Source: an uncultured Holophagales bacterium
GTDB taxonomy: Bacteria; Acidobacteriota; Thermoanaerobaculia; Multivoradales; UBA5704
Direction: 5' to 3'
NCBI GenBank assembly: GCA_963842525.1
Contig: CAWJGT010000003.1
Span: forward strand, 256,001-320,000
Length of the DNA stretch: 64,000 nucleotides
Program-made: the position numbers and the translations under genes
The notes under the pieces: generated by a model
The model's database searches: none
Seen by the model: the letters and a program-made list of their open reading frames with translations, nothing else
What the model was told of the DNA's origin: nothing
Shown: positions 18,544 to 28,110 of the stretch, in pieces
How positions within the stretch are numbered: position 1 is the stretch's first letter
Layout of the letters: every line of letters starts with the position of its first letter

Positions 18544-21500
18544 TCAGATCCCACTCTCAATCACCTCCACTCCTCCCCATGTCCACGGCCGCTCTTGCCA
18601 ATCCTCGATCTCCTCTCGCGCCTGCCGCACCGCTGCCGCCGCATCGCCCAACTGGCGGCACGACCTGTGGAACATGGGAAAGTAGCTCGCCGCATCGTCG
18701 TCATCAATCTTCCAAAGGGTCCCGACTACGGCTCTTGCGCCGCTGGCCAGGAACGGTCGCGCCAGGCCGCCGAGGCCTTCGCCGCTGCTCCGGCGACGCT
18801 CTCGCAAGCCGAGAGGACGACCAGGGGCCGGCGCGGCAGGTCGGGAAGCTCGCTGCCAGAGCCGGTCCAGATTGACAGTCTCTTTCTCAAAGGCCAGCCA
18901 ACTCCACTCGCTGCGGGTCGAGTTCGCCGAGGCGTGCGTCGCAAGATGGAGCACATCGGCTCTCGGTGCGCACCTGCGGAAGCTCGCCCAGTCGTTGGCC
19001 CGGCAGCGGTCCGAAGCAGCTCCTCCATAGACCTCGCGCACAGCATCGGACTCCCCGACCGCCCGGGGCAGCGGATCGAGACCGAGAGCCGGATGAAATG
19101 AGGCGAAGCCCAGGCTCAGCACCGGAAGCCCCTCGTACGTAGGAACGGCGCGCCGGCCCTGCACAAAGCCTAGGAGTTGGCGCACGCTCGGAGCGAAGGA
19201 TAGGAGGAATATCTCATCCAGATAGCCGCCGGAAGCTGGATTCCACAAAGCGCGGAACGGCACGCCGTATAGCTCGGAATCGGGAATCAGGATCACTCGC
19301 TCCGTTCCTGCCGGCAGGCGTTCCAGGACGGGTGCAAGGAGTTCCTCAAAAAGCGCTCCAGAACTGCGCTTCCAGGCATCCAGTTCGCGCTCCCGCGAGA
19401 GCGAGCGGATGCGTTGGCCGAGCTTTTCTTGAAGAGTGAGGATCACCTGGTCCAGGCGCCCTCGGCTAAGGATCCACGCGACGGCCCGCTCGCCGAAAAC
19501 TGCGTATTCGACGATGGCCGTATCCGCCGGCACGGCGGCGGTGAATCGGTCCACGTCTTTGCGCCCGGGTAGCCAGAGCTCGGCGCTCCTGCGGGGGGCC
19601 AGGCGGTCGCGCATCTCCTCGGACAGCAAGAAAGCGGCCGGGCTCGGCTTGCTCCCGGCCGCATCAAGCTCCATCTTCAGAAGCTCCTCGTAGACTTGTC
19701 GCAGCTCGCTGGGTGAGCGCCTCTCGGCGCGCTCCGGCCGAAAACGATCGTTCTGATCCCAACGCCGGAATAGCTGGAGCCCGGCCCAGTATTCGGCAGA
19801 TGCCTCCTCCGGGCGGTCGAGCCGCTGGAGGACTTGGGCTCGCGCGGCCCGCGCCCGCGCCGCGGGAACCGCGAGCCCCCTGGCCTCGTAGCCCGCCGCT
19901 ACCTGGTTGAGGAGCTCGGCGGCCTCTTCCCGCTCGGTCGTGGACCTGTCGTTACCGGCCAGCCAGCGCGCCCGCGACGTGGTGAGGTCGATCTCCGTCC
20001 GCTCCTTGCCATCAGAGTCCGGAGCGGCAAGCAACAGCTCCCCGGCTTGGTTGAGGGCGTCCTTGGCAGCCGCCACGTCCGGTGTGAGGGCAGCTACCCG
20101 AAGCCAGGAATCCACCGCACACAGGGGCCGGTCGGGAAGATCTGGGCAGGCGTCGGCCGCTTCCATTCTCAGCTCGACGGCCGCTCGGCTAAACCGGCCG
20201 GCCGCCGCAGTGGCAGCAACCACATAGATGGAGTACCGATCCCAAGGATCCACCACCCACGATGCAGCCAAGAGCGCAGCAGCCAAATCCGTCGACGACT
20301 CACGCTCCCGACCAAGCAACCCGAGCAACTCGGCGATCATCGCCGCAATGACCGAAGAGGTTTCTCGATCACCCAGCGCCTCGAAATGCTGTCGGGCATC
20401 CCGATAAACGTCGACCGCCGCCTCCAGCCGGCCCTCCAAACTGATCCGAAAGGCGGCAATGCGCCGCGCCTCAGCCGCGATGGAAGGAAACCGTCCCCTC
20501 TCGGCCGCCAGATCGAGATCGTGGAGCTCGGCCCAGTCCGGCTCCGTTATCAGCCAGGCCCGCAGTACTCGGGCTCGCAGCTCAAAGGGACTTGTCGCGG
20601 CCCGAAAATCCGCAATCGCACTTTCGAGGAGCGCGAAGGCGGCGCCCGTCTGCTCTTCTCGCGCGCGCGAGCAGGCACGGCCAAAGGCTTGGTGGCCACG
20701 AGCTAGCCGGTCGAGTCGCGTTTGGTCTCCAGCCTGTTGGGCCTCGCGGATCGCGGCAGCACTTGCCGCCAGAAGCCGGCCGCCGTTTCCAGGAAGAGTC
20801 GATGCAACGACCTCGGCATCGGAGAGAGCTGCTTCGGCATTGGTAAGAGCTGCCGCGGCATCGGCCTGTCGGCTGGCGAGAAATTGTTCCGCCCAGCGAG
20901 TGAGGAGAATCCTCTCGCCAACCAGACGGGCAGCCCATGGATTTCTCTCCACCGCGGCAAGATCGATTTCCGGAGTCGCAAGTAGCTCGCTCCAGGACCG
21001 GCTCGAGGGAGCCTCCTGCTCCAGCCGGTTGAGCCGCTGTGCCGCTTCCTGAGCCCAGGCGGATCTGGCGTCCTGATCCAGGTAACGCCGCCAAGCGGCG
21101 ATAGGCCGGGCACGCAGTCCGAGTCTTTCGAGGGCGAAGGCTTGGTTGAACAAAGCTGGCAACGAGGGTTCCAACTGCGCCGAGCGCTGGGCCAGTTCGA
21201 CGGCTTCAAGCGCGGGCCACGGGTCTCCCGTGACATCGCTCTCCGCAAGCAAAGCCGCCGCAAGGTCATTGAGGAACCGAGGATCGTCAGGTTTCTGGGC
21301 GAGGGCTCTCCGAAGCAAGGCGACTGCCGCGTCTGGTTTTCCATTCAGAAGGTTAAGAACGGCCAGTGCTGCCCGGCTCTCCGGTGAAGCATTTCGTGCA
21401 TCGGCCGCCCTCTGAATCGCCACAGAGATCTTGCGGGGAACAGGCAATTCGTGCGAGGCCTCTACGGCCGAAGCGGCGTCTCCACGAGTTGAGGTCGGAG

Positions 21501-21796
21501 CACCCCCGGCCTTGGTGGAGGGCCGACTCGTGGAAGATGGGCGGCGGTAGGGTCTGTAGGAGCTTCTCCCCGGACACGCGCCCTTCGATCGGCCGAGACG
21601 GCCCGAGAGAGTCCAGCAAGCGCTGATGGTCCTTGCTGTAAGCCTGCTCACTCCCAGGCTCCGGGGCAAGAAACTCCTTGAGCGGAGTCAGGGCGAGCAG
21701 CCCAACGAGGCTGAGTCCAAGGAGTGACCACCGCAAGGCTCGCCGCAACGCGCCTCCGATCTCTCGACGTGTACCAGTCTCGCGGAGTGCGCCCAT
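18544..21796 (-). CDS. membrane-anchored TPR-CHAT protease; frameshifted
   Basis: N-terminal hydrophobic helix (WSLLGLSLVGLLAL, frame 21353-21847); TPR LNDLAAALL/ALFNQAFALERLG; LIPDSELYGVPFRAL; His motif VLHLATHA; Cys motif LVVLSACES in frame 18726-19046; FLASGARAVVGTLWKIDD. Confidence 0.85.
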
Positions 21797-21922
21797 CCAC
21801 CAAGGGTGGGCCCGGCACAAAGGCAGACTGGAGTCGATACAAGACACAAGATAGCACGGGGCTGAAGCGTTCGTCGAGCTGCCGAATTACCGCCGATGCT
21901 TATCCAGATCTCATCCTAAAGG

Positions 21923-21948
21923 TAGACGGACGTTGCCGCCGTTTTCCG
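21923..21948 (-). promoter_or_regulatory. candidate ECF promoter upstream of the CHAT operon
   Basis: minus strand CGGAAAACGGCGGCAA-CGTCCGTC-TA. Confidence 0.5.
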
Positions 21949-22077
21949 AAAATCCCAACCAGAGATTGGACATAATGCCTCTTAGTCACACTACCTGGTG
22001 AAGCCGGGCTACACATCAAGAGCACCCACTTCTTATACAATCGACCCGTTACTACGGTCTCGTCGCCAACCTCCTCC

Positions 22078-22878
22078 ATGGCCACCCTCCCCTGCCCCCC
22101 CGAGCTGACCCCTGAGCAGCTCTTCCTTGCCTACCTGAAGGACATCCAGGAGGCGGCGGCCCGCGCGTGCCGGCGGCATCGGCTCAGCCCAGAGGCCGCA
22201 GAGGATTTCCCCTCCTGGGCCATCGAGAAGATCATCGACGACGACTACGGCGTCATCCGGAAGTTTCAGGGGAAGAGTACTTTTCGCACCTACATCACCA
22301 TGGTCGTCCAGCGCCTGATGCTGGATTACAAGAACCACATCTGGGGGAAGTGGCGGAAATCGGCGGAGGCGGAGCGGCTGGGACCGGTGGCGGAACGGCT
22401 CGAGGTGCTGCTGGTCCGGGATGGGGTGCCGTTCGAGGAGGCCTGCGGGCTCCTGCGGACGAACGAGAAGGTGGAGATGTCCTGGGAGGCTCTGGCCGAC
22501 TTGGCGGGGAAGCTGCCTTTCCGCAATCCGCCCCGGCGGATGGAGCGGGAGGAGGCGCTTCTGAATCGGCCGGGAGGCGAGCTGGATCCGGAACGGCGTA
22601 TGCTTTGGAGGGAGGATCAGGCCCGCTGGCAGGAGATCCTAGCCCTGTTCGCTGGGATCCTGAAGACTCTCCCCAAAGAGGACCAGGTCATCGCCAGGAT
22701 GCGAGGCGAGCAGAAGGTGGTCGACATCGCCAGGTGTTTGGGATTGGACCAGAAGTCGCTGTATCGCCGGCTGGAGAAGATTTTCGCGACTTTACGCGCC
22801 GAGCTCGAGAAACGCGGGGTTACTACGGAGGAGATCCGAGAGATCCTCGGATTCCCGGAGGGCCACTTCGATGCCTGA
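22078..22878 (+). CDS. ECF-type sigma-70 factor with an insertion between regions 2 and 4
   Basis: AAEDF....IEKIIDDDY.VIRKFQGKSTFRTYITMVVQRLMLDY (region 2); LPKEDQ...DIARCLGLDQKSLYRRLEK (region 4). Confidence 0.88.
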   Translation: MATLPCPPELTPEQLFLAYLKDIQEAAARACRRHRLSPEAAEDFPSWAIEKIIDDDYGVIRKFQGKSTFRTYITMVVQRLMLDYKNHIWGKWRKSAEAERLGPVAERLEVLLVRDGVPFEEACGLLRTNEKVEMSWEALADLAGKLPFRNPPRRMEREEALLNRPGGELDPERRMLWREDQARWQEILALFAGILKTLPKEDQVIARMRGEQKVVDIARCLGLDQKSLYRRLEKIFATLRAELEKRGVTTEEIREILGFPEGHFDA

Positions 22879-22890
22879 CTGGCCGACCCG

Positions 22891-22916
22891 GGTAATCCTG
22901 GTTCCGCGTCCGTCCC
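22891..22916 (+). promoter_or_regulatory. candidate ECF promoter upstream of the anti-sigma gene
   Basis: GGTAATCCTGGTTCCG-CGTCCGTC-CC. Confidence 0.5.
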
Positions 22917-22971
22917 ATAGGGTGAATGAGCTTGTGCGCCAGAAACTTGGCGCAGTCTCCTTGCTGGAGTA

Positions 22972-24018
22972 GTGATGGATTCTTCTAGCGATACATGCCT
23001 GGCAATGGATGCATGTCCTCCCCTAGAGGACATTGCGGCCTTCCTGGACTGCACACTTTCGGCCGAGGAGCGGGATCGGATCGTGGCCCACCTCGCCGAT
23101 TGCGAGACCTGTTATGAGATGTTCGCCGGGGCCGCGGACTTCCTGACAGGCAAGCCGAAGGACCTGGAGACCATGACCGAGCCGGAGGGAAAGGTGGTGC
23201 GGTTCCCTTTCCCGAGTAGGACGACACCCCCCAGGTGGCTTGCTGCGGCCGCCGCAGCCGCATTGGTTGTGGTGGTCGTTGGGGGCGGATTCGTTTACCG
23301 CGACATGTACACACAGCCAAAGTTGGCCGTGGCCGAGTTGACTGAGCCGGTCTTGAGCAAGGCTGGAATCGTTGGCCAGCTTTACGATTGGTCCCGATTC
23401 CGAGGCCTCGGGAGCCCGAGTGGGTTCGAAGAGGAAGACGCCCGACGCGCCTTCATAGTGGGTGCCCGTCTCGTGGACCTCGGCTTGAGCTCCCACGTCG
23501 GGGACGTCGAGCAGACCCAGGAGGCCCTTCGGGCAATCGGTGAGCAACTCGACAATGCCCTTCTGATGGACGCCATGGCAAAGCGCTATCTCGCCGAAAA
23601 GGAGAAGGTCAAGACGGCATCGGACGCTCGGGAGATCGCCGAACAGATACAGGCGAGGGAGAGAGAATTAGAGAGCGACGAGGCCTCGACACTACTCCCC
23701 GAGTATCTCGCCTTCGGCAAGTGGGCCGAGTCGGGCCACGTGGCCGCCGCTCTCGAAAATCCTGCGTTCTTCGAGGACCGCACCAACCGGCGTTTCCTTT
23801 CATGGCTGCTCCGGCAGGAGGAGGAACCGGAGCAGCCGGGTGCTCTTCAGCTCCTCCTCTCCCGGCTACAGCACCGAGGCGAGATGCCGCTGGATTCAGA
23901 GGTCCTCGATCCTCTCCAGAGGATACAGGACACCCTGGCGCAGGGCGATCTCCAGAAGACGGACTATGAAGCCCTGAAGGCGAGCTTCGACAGCATCATT
24001 GGGCATTACGACATCTAG
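22972..24018 (+). CDS. zf-HC2 (ZAS) transmembrane anti-sigma factor
   Basis: CPPLEDIAAFLD..LS.EER..IVAHLADCETC (HxxxCxxC); TM WLAAAAAAALVVVVVGGGFVY; start may be 23005. Confidence 0.88.
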   Translation: MMDSSSDTCLAMDACPPLEDIAAFLDCTLSAEERDRIVAHLADCETCYEMFAGAADFLTGKPKDLETMTEPEGKVVRFPFPSRTTPPRWLAAAAAAALVVVVVGGGFVYRDMYTQPKLAVAELTEPVLSKAGIVGQLYDWSRFRGLGSPSGFEEEDARRAFIVGARLVDLGLSSHVGDVEQTQEALRAIGEQLDNALLMDAMAKRYLAEKEKVKTASDAREIAEQIQARERELESDEASTLLPEYLAFGKWAESGHVAAALENPAFFEDRTNRRFLSWLLRQEEEPEQPGALQLLLSRLQHRGEMPLDSEVLDPLQRIQDTLAQGDLQKTDYEALKASFDSIIGHYDI

Positions 24019-24033
24019 ATTCGTCTGACTCGC

Positions 24034-24420
24034 GATCGATCCAGCGTCACCCTGAACGCGTATCGAGCGACCTGGATGCATTTCGGGTCACCTGGATCGA
24101 TCCAGCGTGACGCAGAACGCGTTCCGGGCGACTCTGGATGCGTTTCGCGCGACCTCGATCCATCCAGGGTGCTCGATACGCGTTACGGGTGACCGGGATC
24201 GATTCAGCGTCACCCTGAACGCATAACGCGTGCCCTGGATGCATTCCGCGTGAGCCGAAATCCATTCAGGGTGACCTGGACGCGTTTCGCGAGCTCGATA
24301 GCGATCCAGGATGACTTGAAACGCGCTGCAGGTGACTCTGGATCGATCCACGTGGCTCTGAACGCATGCACGTGACTCTGGATCGATCCAGGTGACTCGA
24401 AACGCGTATCAGATCGCTCC
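24034..24420. repeat. degenerate ~21-bp tandem array
   Basis: Recurring GATCGATCCAGCGTCACCCTG / AACGCGT...GACTCTG / GATGCATT...ACCTG units over ~390 bp. Confidence 0.8.
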
Positions 24421-25872
24421 AGATGCGTGGTCTCCCGCTCGCCACAGCTCTTCCAGCTCCCTTACCTCCCGCAACAGCGTCTCCCGGCAGGCCCGGAGCT
24501 CGTCGGCCACCTTTTTCCTGGTCCGCAGAAGGAGATACGCCCGCGCCTCCTGCCAGAAACGCCGGCTGGTCTCGTAGAAGAGGACGGCGATGTAGCCGGT
24601 GACCGGCCCTATTAATAAGGTCAGGGGCACCGCCCAGCCTCCCAGCCAGGGGGAGAGATACCGGGCGGCCAGCCAGGCTTCGATCCCCCAGGTCAGCGGG
24701 TAGAAGAGGACGGCTCCCAGCAGCTTGTAGGTGGCGATCTGGTCAGGGATCCGGCGGGCGATGGGTGGGGCGAGGAGATGGATGAGCTGGTAGGGGATGA
24801 AGTTGAGGACGGTGCCGACCAGCGCCAGCGGGAGATGGAACAGGAGGCGGAGGAGGGTACGGCCGGCGAAGCGGAGGACCGGGGAGAAGGGGTAGGCGGC
24901 GGCGACCTGGTCGTCCCGGAGATGGACAGCCTTGAGGAGCCGGTCGTAAGAACGGACAGCCTCTACGACGGCTTCGACTCTCTCGGGGAAGCGGCGCCTC
25001 AGGTCTTCGTAGCCCTCCAGGAAGGCCTGCTGGATCGGGAACTGCTCGGCGAGGCGGCGCCGGCCGGGGAGGTCGACCTGGGCGCGGCCGTAGAGCTCGG
25101 CGGCGCGGAGGATCAGCCGGGCCTCTTCCCAGGTGTCGTAGCTCAGGGTCACCTCTTCGAGGGCCTGCGAGACTCTCTCGGTCAGGGCTCGGACGGCTGC
25201 GACGTTGTCCGCCCGGTCGAGGGCCACCTCGGGAGCGGGATCGATCGGCTCCCCTACCTGGACGAGGGCCCTCGAACGGAAGCTCACCTTGGCGTCGAAG
25301 AGGAGGCCGATGGGGACGATGCGGACGGAGCGGCCCTCACCCCCCGGCCCCCTCTCCCATCCGCACTCCCTTCCCCCGGGAGAGGGGGAGATTGCCGGCG
25401 TGGACGCCGGCGCTCCCAGGGCAGACCTCTTCCGCTCATAGCCCAGGACGATCCTGGCGAGGCCGGTTTTCAGGGGCTGGAGGGCGGGCTCGCTGTGGCT
25501 CTTGCCTTCGGGGAAGAGGGCGACGGCTCCTCCTTCGGCCAGGACTTCGTGGCAACGGGCGAAGGTCTCCTCGTTCTGCGCGGTGTCCACTTGGTCCTGG
25601 CGGCGGTAGACGGGGATGGCTCCGGCCAGGTCGGCCCAGGGGCGGACGACCGGGTTCTTCCAGAGGGTGTGCTTGGCCAAGAGATGCGGATGGACCGGCA
25701 GCGGCCCCAGGAGGAAGAGCGGGTCGATCAGGCCGTTGACATGGTTGGCCACCAGGACCAGGGGGCGGCCGCGGGGGATGCGTTCCGCTCCGACCACCTC
25801 CACGCTGCGGAAAAAGACCCGGAGGATCAGCCGGAAGAAGGCGGAAAGGATGTCGTCACGGCGCCGCCGCAC
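24409..25872 (-). CDS. PlsC-family lysophospholipid acyltransferase with C-terminal TM helices
   Basis: LVANHVNGLID (NHx4D), GAIPVYR, LFPEGKSH, LKTGLARI; carries an in-frame REP insertion. Confidence 0.9.
   Translation of the reverse strand: MRRRRDDILSAFFRLILRVFFRSVEVVGAERIPRGRPLVLVANHVNGLIDPLFLLGPLPVHPHLLAKHTLWKNPVVRPWADLAGAIPVYRRQDQVDTAQNEETFARCHEVLAEGGAVALFPEGKSHSEPALQPLKTGLARIVLGYERKRSALGAPASTPAISPSPGGRECGWERGPGGEGRSVRIVPIGLLFDAKVSFRSRALVQVGEPIDPAPEVALDRADNVAAVRALTERVSQALEEVTLSYDTWEEARLILRAAELYGRAQVDLPGRRRLAEQFPIQQAFLEGYEDLRRRFPERVEAVVEAVRSYDRLLKAVHLRDDQVAAAYPFSPVLRFAGRTLLRLLFHLPLALVGTVLNFIPYQLIHLLAPPIARRIPDQIATYKLLGAVLFYPLTWGIEAWLAARYLSPWLGGWAVPLTLLIGPVTGYIAVLFYETSRRFWQEARAYLLLRTRKKVADELRACRETLLREVRELEELWRAGDHASGAI
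25335..25419. repeat. REP-like unit plus GCCGGCGTGGACGCCGGC palindrome inserted in frame in the acyltransferase CDS
   Basis: CCTCACCCCCCGGCCCCCTCTCCCATCCGCACTCCCTTCCCCCGGGAGAGGGGG (25335-25390) matches the intergenic copies. Confidence 0.85.
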
Positions 25873-27181
25873 CGGCCGGCTCCTCGGGGCCTTGGTCGTG
25901 CTCTCCCTGCCAGGACTCGGCCGCGGCCCGGCCGCGCCGCTCGTCGACGAAGGAGATCCCGATCAGGCCGAGGACGAAGAAGGCCGCCGTGGAGAGCATG
26001 GCGACCCTCTGCGAGCCGGCCGACGAGGAGATCAGCCCGAAGATCAGGGGGCCGATCATGTAGCCGGCCTTGCCTGCCAGGCCCCAGAACCCGAAAAACT
26101 CGGCGCTCTTTTCCGGCGGCGTGAAGAGGCCCACCAGGGCCCGCGAGGCCGATTGCAGAGACCCGATCCCCAGCCCCGCGAAGAGGCCGACTCCCCAGAA
26201 GAACGCCTTGGTCTCGGAGAAATAGGCACCGGCGCAGACCAGGATCCAGAGGACGAGGGCGATCTGGATCGTCCGCACGCCGCCGATCCGGTCCTGGACC
26301 CAGCCAAAGAGGAAGGCACCTCCCGCCGCGGAGAGCTGGAGGAAGATGAAGAGGAGGATCAGCTCGCCGGAGGTGAAGCCCAGGGTGTTGGCTGCATAGA
26401 TCCCCGCGAACGCGACGACCGAGGTGAGCCCCGCGTAGAAGAGGAGGTAGACGGCGAGGAAGCGGACGATCTCCTGAAAATGGCGGATCGACCTGGCGGT
26501 CTCGGCGAGCCGGGCAAAGCCGTCCTGCACGTACTGAAGGGCCGTCTGCGTCCCGCGCGGCGCCCGCTCTTTCAAGAAGAGGAAGGTGGGCAGGGCCGCC
26601 AACAGGAAGAAGAGAGCGGTCAGCAGCCAGGCGAGGCGCAGGTTGGGGAGGTTGGCTTCCACGTAGCCGCCGGCCAGGAGGGGCCGGACGAGGACGAGGG
26701 AGCCCAGGCCGCCGAAATAGCCGATCCCCCAGCCCAGGCCCGAGATCTTGCCGATGTTGTCCGGCGTCGAGATCTCCGGCAGGAAAGCGCCTGCCAGGTT
26801 CTCCCCGAAGGAGAAGCCCACGAAGGAGAGCACGAACATGGCGAGGGCCAGCTCCACCCGGCCAGGAGTGGCGAAGTAGAGCATCGCCGTCCCCACTACG
26901 CAGGTGGCGTAGGTGAAAAAAAGAAAAAACTTTTTCCGCCCCGAGTCGTCCGCGACCGCTCCCACGATGGGCGAGAACAGCAGGACGATCAGGTTGCCGA
27001 CGGCGAGGGCTGCTCCCCACAGGGAGTCGCCCTGGCCCGGAGGCGCCACCAGCCGGGTGAAGTAGACGCCGAACGCCGCGGTGACGATGACTGTCGTATA
27101 GCTGCTGTTGGCGAAGTCGAACATCGCCCAGCCGAAGATCTCGCGCCGTTTCGGCGGCGGGTGGGCCCTGGGTGCGGTCAT
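25856..27181 (-). CDS. MFS transporter (UMF1/ATG22-like)
   Basis: REIFGWAMFDFANSSY, PIVGAVAD..GRKK, GKISGLGWGIGYFGG, QSASRAL, AEFFGFW. Confidence 0.92.
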   Translation of the reverse strand: MTAPRAHPPPKRREIFGWAMFDFANSSYTTVIVTAAFGVYFTRLVAPPGQGDSLWGAALAVGNLIVLLFSPIVGAVADDSGRKKFFLFFTYATCVVGTAMLYFATPGRVELALAMFVLSFVGFSFGENLAGAFLPEISTPDNIGKISGLGWGIGYFGGLGSLVLVRPLLAGGYVEANLPNLRLAWLLTALFFLLAALPTFLFLKERAPRGTQTALQYVQDGFARLAETARSIRHFQEIVRFLAVYLLFYAGLTSVVAFAGIYAANTLGFTSGELILLFIFLQLSAAGGAFLFGWVQDRIGGVRTIQIALVLWILVCAGAYFSETKAFFWGVGLFAGLGIGSLQSASRALVGLFTPPEKSAEFFGFWGLAGKAGYMIGPLIFGLISSSAGSQRVAMLSTAAFFVLGLIGISFVDERRGRAAAESWQGEHDQGPEEPAGAAAP

Positions 27182-27316
27182 GGTTGGAGGTCTTCTATCA
27201 CGGACAGGGACCGGTTGCACGGGGAGAGGCCCGCATGGGTGCCCGGGCCGCACCTTGTCTGGTGAAGAGCCAACCTGCTACCCTCAGCAGCCCGGGGAAC
27301 GTTCAGGAGACTTGTC

Positions 27317-27829
27317 ATGGCCGAGAAATCGAAGCTGGATATTGCCGCCAACATCGCTATCCTGGTGGTCTGCGCGATCGCCGCGTTCATCCTCGTCCGC
27401 AACCACTTCTTCCCGCAGCGTCCGCCGGGGGCTCCTCCGGAGATCGAGGCGGGCGAACAGTACGACGCTCTGCGCAGCGTAGTGCCTGCCGGCGCCGAGC
27501 GAGCGCTGATCGTGGCGCTCTCGCCGACGTGCCACTTCTGCACCGAGAGCATGCCTTTTTACAAGCGGCTCATCGACCAGCGCAACCAATCGGGCTCGCA
27601 GGTCAAGGTCGTCGCGGCCGTGCCCCGGCCCGAGGCCCAGGCCGAGGAGTCGCAGAAGCTCACCGAGGCCGGGGTGCAGCCCGACGCCATTGTGCCGCTG
27701 GAATTCGCGGCGGTCCGGGTCAACGGCACCCCGACCATCCTGTTGGTCGACAAGCAGGGCAAGGTCCTCGGCGTCTGGGTTGGCAAGCTGCCGGAGAAAG
27801 GCGAGAAGGACGTCCTGAAGACGCTGTAG
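27317..27829 (+). CDS. membrane-anchored thioredoxin-fold redoxin
   Basis: N-terminal TM, SPTCHFC (CxxC), GTPTILLVD. Confidence 0.88.
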   Translation: MAEKSKLDIAANIAILVVCAIAAFILVRNHFFPQRPPGAPPEIEAGEQYDALRSVVPAGAERALIVALSPTCHFCTESMPFYKRLIDQRNQSGSQVKVVAAVPRPEAQAEESQKLTEAGVQPDAIVPLEFAAVRVNGTPTILLVDKQGKVLGVWVGKLPEKGEKDVLKTL

Positions 27830-27830
27830 G

Positions 27831-28034
27831 CCTCACCCCCTGTCCCCCTCTCCCATCGCACTCCCTTCCCCCGGGAGAGGGGGAACGTAGTTGGTGCTCT
27901 GAGGGAATAGCTGGCAGTTTCTTCTCAGAGACTCTCCTTTTCGAGAGATCCTCGACCTCGCCTCAAAGCTCCATCTGCGTCCCCCCTCTCCCGGTCGGGG
28001 GGAGTGCGACGGGAGAGGGGGACAGGGGGTGAGG
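27831..28034. repeat. inverted pair of REP-like units (27831-27885, 27980-28034)
   Basis: Same consensus and arrangement as 11687-11927. Confidence 0.85.
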
Positions 28035-28038
28035 ATCT

Positions 28039-28054
28039 TGGCACTTCTCTTGCT
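28039..28054 (+). promoter_or_regulatory. sigma54 (-24/-12) promoter
   Basis: TGGCAC-N5-TTGCT upstream of the ferritin-like gene. Confidence 0.6.
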
Positions 28055-28110
28055 CTCGTTTCCCTATACTCGGGCAATGGTGCTCCGAAGACGTTAAAAA
28101 GGGAGCCGAG

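Noticed and set aside
18544-24018. Type III-E Craspase locus
   Set aside because: TPR-CHAT and sigma are present, but there is no Cas7-11 and no array, and the anti-sigma is a zf-HC2 TM protein; used as an analogy only
13275-24420. The two 21-bp arrays as CRISPR arrays
   Set aside because: The period is too short, the repeats are degenerate, there are no 30-40 bp unique spacers and no cas genes
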